Notes: a model not told the origin generated them from the letters alone. A stretch of DNA of 64,000 nucleotides from Patescibacteria group bacterium (GCA_041665365.1 JBAYIY010000006.1:19602-83601); one strand, 5' to 3'; positions 1 through 10,402 are shown, numbered from the stretch's first letter. Numbers and translations: made by a program.

Positions 1-465
1 TGCGGTATCGCCACCACCAATCACAATAATATCTTTCTTGCGATAGAAAAAACCATCACAAGTAGCACAAGTTGATACTCCTTTACCTATCAACTCAGTT
101 TCACCTGGAGCATTGGTCATACGTGACCTTGTACCAGTAGCGATAATAACAGTTTTACTTTGGTATGAAGCATCACTAGTGGTGATAGTAAAAGGCTGTT
201 TAGAAAAATCTACTCCAGTCACTACGGAAGATTTCATCTCAGCACCAAATCGAGCCGCTTGTTTTTCCATGTTCTGCATTAGTTCATTACCATCAATACC
301 ATCAGCATAACCAGGCCAATTTTCAATTATCGTAGTGGTGGTTAATTGGCCGCCTGGTTGTTGCCCCTTTAATACCAGTACAGATAAATTAGAGCGCGCT
401 GCATAAATAGCGGCGGTATATCCAGCTGGCCCAGACCCAACAATAATTGTGTCAAAAACCGCCAT
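1..465 (-). CDS. trxB: Thioredoxin-disulfide reductase, N-terminal part (gene runs off window start)
   Basis: Reverse-strand translation from ATG at 465: MAVFDTIIVGSGPAGYTAAIYAARSNL...GVSTCATCDGFF...IIVIGGGDTA. FAD GxGxxG motif and CATC redox-active disulfide are present. Confidence 0.85.
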   Translation of the reverse strand, partial: MAVFDTIIVGSGPAGYTAAIYAARSNLSVLVLKGQQPGGQLTTTTIIENWPGYADGIDGNELMQNMEKQAARFGAEMKSSVVTGVDFSKQPFTITTSDASYQSKTVIIATGTRSRMTNAPGETELIGKGVSTCATCDGFFYRKKDIIVIGGGDTA

Positions 466-466
466 G

Positions 467-1273
467 CTATTTCAAATGACTATCCAAGACAGCGGCCACT
501 GAATCATACGGTAAGGCACCTTCAAGTACATCAACAATCTTGCCGTCTTTATCTAAAATCAAACCATAAGGCGTTCCTTGTGCACCAAACTTCTGGGCTT
601 CAGCGGCATCAGCGTTGACACGATCTTTGGTGGCACCGTTATCAACACAGTCTTTAAACTTAGCACCATCGGCTCCAACATCACTAGCAATAGTATAAAT
701 TTGTTCATCTGGTAAACTATTGTTTGATTCAGTTCGTTCCATCATTAAATCAAGATATTCCCAGAATTTACCTTGGTCGGCCGCACACTCAGTACCCATC
801 GCCTCTTTTTGCGCCTTAGAATGTAAACTGGTCAATGGTAATTGTTTATAGGCCCAGGCTACTTTACCGTCATAACTCTTCATGACTTGTTGCAAGGTAC
901 TATGAAAACGTTTGCAGAATGGACATTCCGGATCAGAATATTCCAGAATCGTTAAATCACCAGTACCTCGTTTATTATGTAATGAGGCTGGATCAACTGT
1001 CCCTGATGGAATGGTCGGAGCTGCTGGATCAGCTGCAGCTGCAGCATTGGTATTCGCATTACTGTTGGCATTAGCACTTTTTTCTTTTTCGGTTGGCAAT
1101 TCAACCCCTTTATACATCAACACGAGCAACACGATAAACCCAACGGCAAAGATCAGCGCGGCACTCACTAGCACTCCAGCAAAAAAGGCTAACCGGGCTG
1201 GAATACCATCAATCATCTGCATGGTACTTTTTGGTTCATCGTCCATTTTTTTAACTTCATCATCCATGATCAT
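467..1273 (-). CDS. Membrane-anchored DsbA-like thiol:disulfide oxidoreductase (thioredoxin fold, CPFC active site)
   Basis: 268 aa ORF with an N-terminal TM helix, a low-complexity linker and a CPFC motif (EYSDPECPFCKRFH). True start may be the internal Met (MQMIDGIP...). Confidence 0.65.
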   Translation of the reverse strand: MIMDDEVKKMDDEPKSTMQMIDGIPARLAFFAGVLVSAALIFAVGFIVLLVLMYKGVELPTEKEKSANANSNANTNAAAAADPAAPTIPSGTVDPASLHNKRGTGDLTILEYSDPECPFCKRFHSTLQQVMKSYDGKVAWAYKQLPLTSLHSKAQKEAMGTECAADQGKFWEYLDLMMERTESNNSLPDEQIYTIASDVGADGAKFKDCVDNGATKDRVNADAAEAQKFGAQGTPYGLILDKDGKIVDVLEGALPYDSVAAVLDSHLK

Positions 1274-1349
1274 ACTTTAAATAAATTAATTGCTACTTAT
1301 ATATAATATTTACTACTACAGTCTATAGTAGGGAGATTATCCGGTCAAG

Positions 1350-2858
1350 TTATCCTAGACTTCTCCTTAATTTACCAGCTTGCAACACCACTTCGGTAAT
1401 ATCTTGCTGCTGACGTTGTAAATAGACAATATCCGATGTGGCATTGCGATGTAAAAATTCCGTTGGGCTAATCGGGCCTAAGGTGAATCCAAAATACTCT
1501 TCCAGATAATTTATATCACTTTGAATGGCGCGCCAACCGGCAGACCGCTTAGCGAAATATTGTAGATTCTCTTTATTAAGGTAGCGCCCAGCTAATCGTA
1601 AATCATGTTCTAAACAATGGTAAGCTTGATGAACCAGTTCTCCTTCTCCTTTAGAGAGCTCCCGTAACGTTCTACCTGTACCGATTAGTTCTGGTGGTAC
1701 ACCTAATGAATACATAGCGGCAGTGAAGGTGATGGCGCGAGGAAATTGCTGTTTGCCAATTGTTCGACCATAACCTAATAAGCCAATGTGTAATCTTCGT
1801 TCGCGCCGTTTTGGTATATAGGGTGTAATTTTAAATAAATCAGACGAAATCGCTGTCACGGCCGAACGATAGTGTTGTTCAGCTTGTTGGACAATATTAT
1901 TGAGAATTTTTTTATCACTAGCAGCAAATTTTTGTGGAACAGTTTTAGCTAGTTGTTGTTGTAATTGTTTAATAGCTCGTTTCACTTGAACTGGTGGGTA
2001 GTCATACCGAAAAGCTGATTGGATTGTGACGGTTCGTACGCCCCGATATTCTTCCAAAAACTGTTTGATATTATCTGGTGCGAGTGAGCCACGAAATGGC
2101 AAGGACCCGGTGCCAATAATTGGATAAACTGGAATGCCGGTATTATCACTCCACTGATACAACTCAGATAAGGCTACTTTATTTCCTAATACCGCCGGAA
2201 TTAAACCAGACACAAGAGCCGGATCACTCCGTGCTAAAAATGGCCGAATATATTTTGGATATTGCTGATAGTATTTTTTATGTTGTTGCACATACCGCTG
2301 CAACAAATTTTGGATCGAGAACATTTGCTGCACTTCTTCCACTAGAGGAATAATCTCAATATAGTTAAATGAACTAGTGTTATCAGTAAATAAGCGGTGT
2401 TTAACTTTGGCTAATTTAGTAAAGGTAGTTTGAATATGTAACATTTGTTGAGCAGATGATGTCATAGGCAGAATCACCTCAAATAATGGTTTTTCACCCA
2501 CTGCCATATCTTTGGCCATGTCGGCAGCCGTTAAAATGGCCATAAAGGCCCGCGCGAGTGAATAACCTTTTTCCTGCCAAATATTGGGAATGCGAAAAGT
2601 TAGGAATTGATCGCGTCCTAAATGATGCTTTTTGAAGTATTGATGATGTTCCGTTAACAAACGCTCGACGACAGCCTCATCCACATACTTACCTTCCCAA
2701 TCCCACATGTACTCATTAACTCCTAAATCAGCATAGGCCGAATAGGCTTCGGCTACCTCCTCTTGGGCCGAAACAAAGCCATCGCCATCTTGCTCCCAAT
2801 ATGGGGCCGAGGCATTGTCGGGGTGTTGCGTAGCCATTACGGCTGGTATGTGACGCAT
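1350..2858 (-). CDS. ppcA: Archaeal-type phosphoenolpyruvate carboxylase (PepcA family)
   Basis: 502 aa, N-terminus MATQHPDN is the hallmark motif of the roughly 500 aa archaeal-type PEPC. Confidence 0.75.
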   Translation of the reverse strand: MRHIPAVMATQHPDNASAPYWEQDGDGFVSAQEEVAEAYSAYADLGVNEYMWDWEGKYVDEAVVERLLTEHHQYFKKHHLGRDQFLTFRIPNIWQEKGYSLARAFMAILTAADMAKDMAVGEKPLFEVILPMTSSAQQMLHIQTTFTKLAKVKHRLFTDNTSSFNYIEIIPLVEEVQQMFSIQNLLQRYVQQHKKYYQQYPKYIRPFLARSDPALVSGLIPAVLGNKVALSELYQWSDNTGIPVYPIIGTGSLPFRGSLAPDNIKQFLEEYRGVRTVTIQSAFRYDYPPVQVKRAIKQLQQQLAKTVPQKFAASDKKILNNIVQQAEQHYRSAVTAISSDLFKITPYIPKRRERRLHIGLLGYGRTIGKQQFPRAITFTAAMYSLGVPPELIGTGRTLRELSKGEGELVHQAYHCLEHDLRLAGRYLNKENLQYFAKRSAGWRAIQSDINYLEEYFGFTLGPISPTEFLHRNATSDIVYLQRQQQDITEVVLQAGKLRRSLG

Positions 2859-2897
2859 GGCCGTATTGTATAAGGGATATTGACAAAAAGCCAGTTA

Positions 2898-3617
2898 TTA
2901 ATCGCGACGTTCCCATGGCGCTGGATTAGGTTTGCGAAAAATAAACGTGCGTATCCAATTCACAAACCAAGTCCACAAGACTTTGTTCCAACCTTCCACT
3001 CGAAAACGACGTGGTGAAATTTCTACATAAAACTTCCAGCTTAATCTGGTTTTACCTAAACGACTGAGCCGAAAAAATAAGTCGTGATCCTCATTACTGG
3101 TTAACTGTTCATTAAACCCATGAATTTGCATAAATGTCTCACGCCGTACAATTAAACACTCGCCGGAACCTTGCCCTAAACCAAGAATATTAGTCACCCA
3201 AATCAGCCAATTGCGCTGACCGAGCCAAAAATGATCAACTAATTTTCGTTCGCCAGCATAAACGTAGCTGTGGACTGTTAAACCAACTAATTCAGGATCG
3301 GCTGTAAATTGCTGCTGAACATAAGTTAACGCCGCTGGTAAGTTTGGAATACTGGAATCACAATCAAGAAACCACAACACATCTCCAGACGCTTGTTTTG
3401 CCCCACGATTACGACAAGTTCCAATGGTACTGTGCGGTTGGCTTAAGAGCACAATCTCATCAACCAGTGGTCGAGCATGGGTACAAGTTTTATCAGAACT
3501 GCCATCATCACTTAATATTATTTCGACATCTTTTCCACGCACACATTGCAAAGATCGTAGTGTTCGTAACACTAACTTTTCCTCATTGAGTGCTGGTATA
3601 ATAAATGAAATTTTCAT
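2898..3617 (-). CDS. Family 2 glycosyltransferase
   Basis: 239 aa; MKISFIIPALNEE... with DDGSSD motif, GT-A fold GT2 signature. Confidence 0.7.
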   Translation of the reverse strand: MKISFIIPALNEEKLVLRTLRSLQCVRGKDVEIILSDDGSSDKTCTHARPLVDEIVLLSQPHSTIGTCRNRGAKQASGDVLWFLDCDSSIPNLPAALTYVQQQFTADPELVGLTVHSYVYAGERKLVDHFWLGQRNWLIWVTNILGLGQGSGECLIVRRETFMQIHGFNEQLTSNEDHDLFFRLSRLGKTRLSWKFYVEISPRRFRVEGWNKVLWTWFVNWIRTFIFRKPNPAPWERRD

Positions 3618-3618
3618 A

Positions 3619-4341
3619 CTAACGTCGTGCCTCCCAATCAGTCTTAGCTATCTTACCAAATACAACTTGTGTAAACCAATTTTTAAACCACTGCCATAAC
3701 ACCTTCGGCCAACCATCGCGCCGATAACGCCGGGGTGACATAGCCACAGTATGGTACCAGAAAAAATTTACTTGGCCTAATTGACCAAGACGTTTATATA
3801 ATTCAAAATCTTCCGAACTACGTAATTCTGGCCTAAAACCAGATAGCTGAGTAAAGGCTGATCGCCGGATAATCATACAATCTCCCGCTGATGTACCAAC
3901 TTTTAACACGCGGTTTTGTAACCAAATAAAATAATTAAATAAGTACCACACTACTCGATCAAGCCAAATGCTCTCTGTTGGATAAATAATAATCCGCATG
4001 GTGGCTGCAACTGTTCCAGAATTTTTTTCAAAATAAGCGCTCACCTCTGATACAGTTTTCATGATATTGGTAATCCTCACATCGGCATCAATAAACCATA
4101 AGATATTACCCTGAGCCACGCGCGCCCCGCGGTTACGACACTCACCAATTGAGGTTCGTTCAGCACCGGGTCGTTCCACCACTTTAGCACCTAACTGGCT
4201 AGCCAGTGTTCTAGTTGTATCTGTACTGCCGTTATCTGAAACAATTATCTCATAATCTATCCCTGTTAACACCAAAAATTGTTGTAATGTTTCAGTGATG
4301 ACTTTTTCCTCATTATAGACGGGAATAATAAACGATATCAT
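3619..4341 (-). CDS. Family 2 glycosyltransferase (tandem paralog)
   Basis: Paralogous to the previous gene (MISFIIPVYNEE..., SDNGSTD). The ORF-track start at 4410 overlaps tRNA-Cys, so the internal Met at about 4341 is preferred. Confidence 0.65.
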   Translation of the reverse strand: MISFIIPVYNEEKVITETLQQFLVLTGIDYEIIVSDNGSTDTTRTLASQLGAKVVERPGAERTSIGECRNRGARVAQGNILWFIDADVRITNIMKTVSEVSAYFEKNSGTVAATMRIIIYPTESIWLDRVVWYLFNYFIWLQNRVLKVGTSAGDCMIIRRSAFTQLSGFRPELRSSEDFELYKRLGQLGQVNFFWYHTVAMSPRRYRRDGWPKVLWQWFKNWFTQVVFGKIAKTDWEARR

Positions 4342-4396
4342 CTGGACATGATAGGCGTTTTTTGGTACGGTAGCAAATGCTTTGCAACGTTTTGTT

Positions 4397-4468
4397 GGCG
4401 TGGTAGCCAAGTGGTAAGGCAGGAGTCTGCAAAACTCTTATGCGCCGGTTCGAATCCGGCCCACGCCT
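4397..4468 (+). tRNA. tRNA-Cys (GCA)
   Basis: Cloverleaf: acceptor ggcgtgg/ccacgcc, anticodon loop ctGCAaa, T-loop ggttcgaatcc. Confidence 0.8.
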
Positions 4469-4528
4469 CCGTTTATTGACAGCCAATCAAGTTTTACTTA
4501 TTATACTCTGACTACACCCCGCCCAGGA

Positions 4529-4600
4529 CTAGCGAGTTTACTCGCCGAAGTCCCGAGGCTTCTAAGGGAACCTAGGCGAGTTTACTCGCCGAAGTGAAAC
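4529..4600. repeat. Two copies of a short hairpin (gcgagtttactcgc) between tRNA-Cys and tRNA-Gly
   Basis: ctagcgagtttactcgccgaagt and cctaggcgagtttactcgccgaagt; each has an 8 bp stem and 4 nt loop. Confidence 0.5.
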
Positions 4601-4605
4601 GTAGG

Positions 4606-4679
4606 CGAGAGTAGCTCAGTTGGTAGAGCGTCTCCTTGCCAAGGAGAAGGTCGCGGGTTCGAGCCCCGTTTCTCGCTCA
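4606..4679 (+). tRNA. tRNA-Gly (GCC)
   Basis: gcgagagtagctcagttggtagagc...ccttGCCaagg...gggttcgagcccc...ctctcgc; anticodon GCC. Confidence 0.8.
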
Positions 4680-4948
4680 TATGTCATCTATTGCCATAGG
4701 CGCCAATTATATTCAGCAATGTCGCACTTTAGGGTTTAGCGATTCAGTTATTGCCCAAGCGCTCCAGAAATCTGGCTGGATGCCAGCCGATATCCAAACC
4801 GCCATGCAGCAAGCCAACATCCACTCTAAAAAAACTAAGAGTACAGCTTGGTTATGGATAGCGCTGACTATACTGATAGTGGTAGCGTGGCTTTCATTGA
4901 CTGCTTGAAAGTTTCGCTGTATAACAGTGAAGGTTCTTTATTATTTAA

Positions 4949-5035
4949 GCCGGGATGGTGGAACTGGTAGACACAACAGACTTAAAATCTGTCGGGAGTA
5001 ATCCCATGAGGGTTCGATTCCCTCTCTCGGCACCA
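4949..5035 (+). tRNA. tRNA-Leu (TAA), type II long variable arm, encoded CCA
   Basis: gccgggatggtggaactggtagacac...cttAAaatct, long variable arm, T-loop ggttcgattcc, acceptor tctcggc + acca. Confidence 0.8.
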
Positions 5036-5085
5036 CATTGTTGATTGATTAAATTTAAAAAAACTAATCTTACTTTAAGTGGTTC

Positions 5086-5664
5086 TTAAGTTTTCTTTGC
5101 ACGATACCTGGACCAATAGTGCGATAAAAAGAACACTTTATTGTTTGGCTTATTACGAATTTCCTCCAGTTGTTTAAAAAAAGCTTCAAGTCGTAATAGA
5201 CTATCGTCTGTTTCGGGTAGATTAATAATATCGTTCACTTGTTTACTCACAACATAATAGTTTTCTAAAAAAGTATTAAAGATGTCTGCAAACTCCTCTG
5301 CGGATATTCCAACAATTTCCATGATATGTGAATAATTTTCCTGGGCTTGCGAAACAGTGATGTGGTCTTGATCATGAGTAATGGCTCCCCCCGGACTATA
5401 CCAATTTCGTACCATGAACATCTCTTCGTATGTTTTGAGAATTTTATGACGTAATTTTATAAATGTAGTAGCTGATTCTGGAACTTCATGTCGTTTTTTC
5501 CAAGCCTGTAAAATCAATAAATCAGGATTACTTTCTTCATCCTCCCAAGACGTTATGGATAACAGCCCCATTCTCTCGGCTACTTCATACTCAGCTTTTT
5601 GAGCTCTCTCTATCTCTCTTCTACTCCGAGGTTCATGTCCATCTCTTCTGCTGTCCATAATCAA
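5086..5664 (-). CDS. Hypothetical protein
   Basis: 192 aa ORF, no recognisable motifs; gene-dense context on the same strand. Confidence 0.4.
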   Translation of the reverse strand: MIMDSRRDGHEPRSRREIERAQKAEYEVAERMGLLSITSWEDEESNPDLLILQAWKKRHEVPESATTFIKLRHKILKTYEEMFMVRNWYSPGGAITHDQDHITVSQAQENYSHIMEIVGISAEEFADIFNTFLENYYVVSKQVNDIINLPETDDSLLRLEAFFKQLEEIRNKPNNKVFFLSHYWSRYRAKKT

Positions 5665-6455
5665 ATCTTCTTCTGTTTGATTACTTTCAAAATTTGTTTG
5701 TGCACTTTGCCATTAGTGGCGACTAAACCATTCTTGGCGATACCATTTGGATTACCATCAAAATCTGTCACCATCCCACCGGCTTCACGCACCATTAACA
5801 TACCAGCCGCCACATCCCAAATGCGCACCGGTGGGGTGATAATCATACCGTCTACCCGACCAGCCGCCACAAAGGCTAATTCTAAAGACGATGAACCGAA
5901 ATGTCGCATCGAGCGGGCTTCAAATTCAAAGTGTTGGTAAGCCGCCACGGCGCGTTGTAAGGATTTCTTTTCATGGGAGTAAGCAAAACACAGAAATGAC
6001 GTTCTTAATTTATCCTCATTAGACACATGCATGCGCATTTCATTACGCCGCGCTCCCTTCCCCTTTTCCGCCACAAATAACTCTCGCGTATAAGGTGAGT
6101 AAATAATACCAATAATCGGATCGCCGTCTTTTAATAAAGCGATAGTGGTAGTAAAAAAAGTGTGCCGCATGATGAAATTAGTGGTGCCATCTAATGGATC
6201 GACTACCCATTGATACCCACTATTTTTCGCCGTCCCCTTTTTAAACCCTTCTTCCTCCGATAAAATATTATGGGTCGGATAAGCTTCACGGATTTTTTCC
6301 ACTAAAAAATGATTCACTTTAACATCATGATTAGTGACTAATTCCCGTTTGTCTTTAAACCGAATTTGTTCTGGGGACAAAGCGCGAAAATCCTTCATCA
6401 GCATATTCCCTGACCGCAGTGCCAATCCGATCGCAAACTCTTTCATCACATGCAT
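5661..6455 (-). CDS. Inositol monophosphatase family protein (SuhB/IMPase)
   Basis: WVVDPLDGTTNF and WDVAAG motifs. Confidence 0.75.
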   Translation of the reverse strand: MHVMKEFAIGLALRSGNMLMKDFRALSPEQIRFKDKRELVTNHDVKVNHFLVEKIREAYPTHNILSEEEGFKKGTAKNSGYQWVVDPLDGTTNFIMRHTFFTTTIALLKDGDPIIGIIYSPYTRELFVAEKGKGARRNEMRMHVSNEDKLRTSFLCFAYSHEKKSLQRAVAAYQHFEFEARSMRHFGSSSLELAFVAAGRVDGMIITPPVRIWDVAAGMLMVREAGGMVTDFDGNPNGIAKNGLVATNGKVHKQILKVIKQKKI

Positions 6456-6456
6456 A

Positions 6457-7173
6457 TTATAGATCTATAGTCATTAATTCTTTAGCAATAACCAGTGTAC
6501 CATTAAATGGCATGTTTGTCTTAGTTAAATCGTAACCATAGTGGGTTAACACTAATTGTTTAACCTTAGCTTGTGTAGCAATATCACTACACTGTTCTGG
6601 GTTCAAATGTTGTGCGGATATCTGACCAGGTTGATTGGAACATTCCAATAATAAAACATCGGTTTGCCGAGCTAATGATACTATATTTTCGTTCATACCG
6701 GTGTCACCAGAATAAACCACACTATGACCGGCTTGTTCAAAACGAAAGGCCGTAGCTGGAACATTGTGCTTCATCACTGCGGTAGTCACTGTAACATCAC
6801 CAATTTCTATAGCTGTCAGAGGTTGTTCATAAATAGTTATTTTGGTAGGGACTGGTTCTAATACCAAATCAACCATAGTTTTAAACCATTGTTGAATACC
6901 CACTGGACCAACAATAATCAAAGGTTTATCAGCACACGTATTGAAAAAGATCTGAAAAAATGTTAACAAGTCTGCAATGTGATCTGGGTGTAGATGACTA
7001 ATACAAATAGCATCAATATCACCAACTTGTTTGCCTAATTTGGTAAGAGAATATAAACAACCTCGCCCAAAATCCACTAAGATGTTAACACGCTCTGTTT
7101 CAATAAGGTTACCAGTTGAATTATAATTGGCTGTGATATTAAACCGACCACACCCTAATATAGTTAATCTCAT
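6457..7173 (-). CDS. MBL-fold metallo-hydrolase
   Basis: HLHPDH (HxHxDH) motif, 238 aa. Confidence 0.65.
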   Translation of the reverse strand: MRLTILGCGRFNITANYNSTGNLIETERVNILVDFGRGCLYSLTKLGKQVGDIDAICISHLHPDHIADLLTFFQIFFNTCADKPLIIVGPVGIQQWFKTMVDLVLEPVPTKITIYEQPLTAIEIGDVTVTTAVMKHNVPATAFRFEQAGHSVVYSGDTGMNENIVSLARQTDVLLLECSNQPGQISAQHLNPEQCSDIATQAKVKQLVLTHYGYDLTKTNMPFNGTLVIAKELMTIDL

Positions 7174-8015
7174 ATTTGTCTGAATTTTTTTAAAATAGCA
7201 ACATCATCGGCGCGACCAGCAGCGGGGGTTTCTAGAATAAAATCTTGGTCTTTTAATTTTGGATGATTAAGTAAATATTTAAAAGCTGCCTGACCAATTT
7301 TACCCAGGCCAATATGTTCGTGTCGGTCTTTCTTACTATTAAAATCAACTTTTGAATCATTCACCTGAATACAGATTAGTTTTTTTAAACCTAAATATTT
7401 ATCAAATTGTGAGATTGTCTCGTTTATTAATGCTTCACTTCTTAGATCATACCCAGAACCAAACGCATGTTGGGTGTCTAAACAAAAACCAACTTGGGCA
7501 TGTTTAGCTTTTTCTATACCGGAATATAATTGTTTCAATTCTGGAAAAGTGCACCCTAAAACACTGCCACTGCCCGCGGCATTTTCTAATAATAATAAAC
7601 ATGTTCCGGTATAACCAGCTAAAACTTGATTCAAACTTTTAATCGCTACGGCTACACCGGTGGCTCGATCTGGCTGGCTGGCGGCACTGCCGGTGTGAAA
7701 CATTACTCCCTTAACACCAAGTCGCGACCCTCTATCTAGTTCTTGTCTTAACATAGTAATTGAGGCGTGACGTAAACTAGGTTTAGCTGAGGCGAGATTT
7801 AATAAATAGGGCGCATGAACATAATAATTCGTGTAACCACATTGTTGCACAGTATCTTTAAATTTTGTCACAGCTTCCGCAGTAAGCTCAGGACACTTGA
7901 AAGATTGTGGTGGACGAGAAAACATTTGAAAGGTTTCTAAACCCTCGGCTTTGGCGTTAAGCGCGGCATTATATAAACCACCAGCAGCTGAAACATGGGC
8001 ACCAATTTGTGACAT
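7170..8015 (-). CDS. nfo: Deoxyribonuclease IV (endonuclease IV)
   Basis: MSQIGAHVSAAGGL...HAPYLLNLAS, TIM-barrel AP endonuclease 2 family. Confidence 0.8.
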   Translation of the reverse strand: MSQIGAHVSAAGGLYNAALNAKAEGLETFQMFSRPPQSFKCPELTAEAVTKFKDTVQQCGYTNYYVHAPYLLNLASAKPSLRHASITMLRQELDRGSRLGVKGVMFHTGSAASQPDRATGVAVAIKSLNQVLAGYTGTCLLLLENAAGSGSVLGCTFPELKQLYSGIEKAKHAQVGFCLDTQHAFGSGYDLRSEALINETISQFDKYLGLKKLICIQVNDSKVDFNSKKDRHEHIGLGKIGQAAFKYLLNHPKLKDQDFILETPAAGRADDVAILKKFRQI

Positions 8016-8080
8016 GTCGGTATTATATATGATTTATGGTATAATTGTAATAATTATATATTATTAATAATAAAATATTT

Positions 8081-9019
8081 ATGCCTGGAAAAGTAACAAT
8101 CATAGGGGCGGGTAATGTCGGCACCGCGACAGCCTTTGCCCTGGCTATAGACGGCTCAGCTAATAACATCGTTTTGCTAGACCGAAATTTAGAAAAAGCT
8201 AAAGGCGAGATTATGGATATTGAACATGGCAGCGCCTTTATGCCTCACACTGAATTCATGGGTTCAAAATCATATAAAGATATTAAAGATTCTGATATTG
8301 TTGTGATTACCGCCGGTGCGGCTCAAGCACCCGGTGAATCTAGATTACAGTTATTACAACGTAATGCCGGCATTCTCAAAGGCATTATGAAAGATATAAA
8401 AACTTACTCACCAGATAGTATTGTTATTGTCGTTACCAACCCAGTGGATGTACTGACCTACTTAGCTCTTAAATACTCACATTTTCCGCACAATCGTGTG
8501 TTTGGTACTGGCACGGTGTTAGATTCAGCTCGGTTTAGGTCTTACTTGGCAAAATATTTTTGCGTCAACGCTCATAATGTTCATGCGCACATTTTAGGTG
8601 AACATGGCGATAGTTCTTTCCCAGCTTTGAGTACAGCTAATATTGGTTCTATCCCACTCAGAAAAATGCCGCATTACAATGAAAAAGCGATGTGGGCGAT
8701 TCATCATACCGTTCGCACCGTAGTTTACGATATTATTAAAAAGAAAGGTTCTACTAACCTCGCTATTGCTACCTGTGTCACACAATTAGTGCATGCCATT
8801 CTCAATGACACGCATGAAATATTCCCGGTATCTTCGGTGTTACGCGGTGAATATGGCATCCATGATGTGGCTGTCAGCACACCATCAGTTTTAGGAAAAT
8901 GCGGCATTATTCAAGAATTAGAGATACCGCTTGACGCCAAAGAAAAAGCCGCCTTGAAAAAATCCGTCAAGATTTTAAAGAAGGCGATTCGATCGGTACA
9001 CCATCCTGTCTCTCGATGA
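8081..9019 (+). CDS. ldh: L-lactate dehydrogenase (LDH/MDH superfamily)
   Basis: VTIIGAGNVGTATAFALA Rossmann motif, ITAGAAQAPGESRL with Gln at the substrate-specificity position (LDH-like), GEHGDS motif. Confidence 0.75.
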   Translation: MPGKVTIIGAGNVGTATAFALAIDGSANNIVLLDRNLEKAKGEIMDIEHGSAFMPHTEFMGSKSYKDIKDSDIVVITAGAAQAPGESRLQLLQRNAGILKGIMKDIKTYSPDSIVIVVTNPVDVLTYLALKYSHFPHNRVFGTGTVLDSARFRSYLAKYFCVNAHNVHAHILGEHGDSSFPALSTANIGSIPLRKMPHYNEKAMWAIHHTVRTVVYDIIKKKGSTNLAIATCVTQLVHAILNDTHEIFPVSSVLRGEYGIHDVAVSTPSVLGKCGIIQELEIPLDAKEKAALKKSVKILKKAIRSVHHPVSR

Positions 9020-9116
9020 CTCGAGACATCCTTCCTATTGTAGGAAGAATAAGATAAAGAAATAGATTTTTTCTTACTCCCTCCTACAATAGGAGGGCTG
9101 GGGAGGTGTTTCCGGG
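9019..9116 (+). mobile_element. About 100 bp MITE-like repeat element, copy 1 (two internal hairpins ccttcctattgtaggaagg and ccctcctacaataggaggg)
   Basis: Near-identical to the reverse complement of 57472..57568. Lies between the convergent ldh and tig genes. Confidence 0.7.
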
Positions 9117-9121
9117 ATGGT

Positions 9122-10399
9122 TTATATCGCCAATTCCTTTAATTTATTTACCGCCTGCTCATTTCGTAATATCGTTCGAACATAACCACGATAATCTAAA
9201 CCGTCTAAATGTTTCAGCATATCCGGTTGGTTTTTATACTGTGTCTTACGACGCTCCACCTCAGCATTGATGGCATCTTCGGTAACAGTAATGTTTTCTT
9301 GCTCCGCTACTTGTTTAATAATCAAAGCACCTTGCACACGTTTTGTGGCTGGTTCTTTCCAGCTGGCTCGTAATTCTTCGGCAGTTTTTTTGATATGGGT
9401 AAAATAGTCGGCTAATTTTCCACCCTGATCTTCCACTTGTTCTTTCAGTTCTTCCATCATCCGATCGATTTCGTAATCCAACATCAATTGTGGAATTGGT
9501 TCAAAGTCGGCCTGTTTAATTATGGCTTCAATCACTTCTGATTCAAATTTCTGTTCGGCTTTTTGTTCTAATTCTTTCACTAGGTTCTGTCGAATTTGAT
9601 CTTTTAATTCCTGTAGTGAAGCAAAGTTAAGGCCCTTAGCAAAGTCATCATTCAATTCCGGCAATACTACTTTAGACACTGATTGCACAGTGGCAGTAAC
9701 ATCACATTGTTTACCGGCTAAATGCTTAGCTCCGTAATCATCCGGAAAAGTTACTTGATACTGTTTAGTCTCATGAGCTTTCATTCCCACTAAGGCATCT
9801 TCAAAACCGGGAATAAAATTTTTCTCACCCAGCACTACCGGAGTCGCTTTACCTTGACCACCTTCGATTGAAACACCGGCTAATTTTATATCGAAATCGA
9901 TCACAACTTGATCGCCTAATGCAGCGGCGCGCTCAACTGGTTCATGTTTGGTGCGCAACTTTTTTAAATCCAGCATGGTTTTTTCCAGACGTTTTTCATC
10001 AACCACTTCAACTACCTTCTTTACTGTCACCTTTTGGTAATTTTTCAAATCAACCTTGGGCATAATAGCAAACGTTGCAGTATACACTAATGGGTTGCCA
10101 GGAGCCAACGTATCTAGATTAACATTTGGTTTACCAACAAAATCAATGGTTTCTTGTTTCACGGCATCTGGCAAAGTTGCTGACAATACATCGTCTACTG
10201 CTTCTTGATAAATAGCCATTTCGCCAGCTTTATTTTTTACCATGTCATACGGTGCATGCCCTGGCCGAAAACCAGGAATCGTAATTGATTTCGAAATTCT
10301 TTTGGCGGCCTTTTCCAGGTGTGGTTTTAACTCTTCGACAGAGACCTCAACCTTGAGCAAAACCGTTGTTTTGTCTTGAACAGTTTTAGTAATTTGCAT
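9122..10399 (-). CDS. tig: Trigger factor
   Basis: 425 aa; ITIPGFRPGHAPYDMV ribosome-binding motif region, PPIase middle domain. Confidence 0.85.
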   Translation of the reverse strand: MQITKTVQDKTTVLLKVEVSVEELKPHLEKAAKRISKSITIPGFRPGHAPYDMVKNKAGEMAIYQEAVDDVLSATLPDAVKQETIDFVGKPNVNLDTLAPGNPLVYTATFAIMPKVDLKNYQKVTVKKVVEVVDEKRLEKTMLDLKKLRTKHEPVERAAALGDQVVIDFDIKLAGVSIEGGQGKATPVVLGEKNFIPGFEDALVGMKAHETKQYQVTFPDDYGAKHLAGKQCDVTATVQSVSKVVLPELNDDFAKGLNFASLQELKDQIRQNLVKELEQKAEQKFESEVIEAIIKQADFEPIPQLMLDYEIDRMMEELKEQVEDQGGKLADYFTHIKKTAEELRASWKEPATKRVQGALIIKQVAEQENITVTEDAINAEVERRKTQYKNQPDMLKHLDGLDYRGYVRTILRNEQAVNKLKELAI

Positions 10400-10402
10400 A
10401 TG

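Noticed and set aside
113-310. 65 aa ORF on the plus strand
   Set aside because: It is antisense to the well-supported trxB coding sequence.
912-1280. 122 aa low-complexity ORF on the plus strand
   Set aside because: It is antisense to the DsbA-like gene and has a shadow-ORF composition.
4636-4908. 90 aa ORF starting inside tRNA-Gly
   Set aside because: Its first 15 codons are the tRNA-Gly sequence. A shorter version from the internal Met (MSSIAIG...) could be a small membrane protein, but it lacks an RBS and has no support beyond being open.
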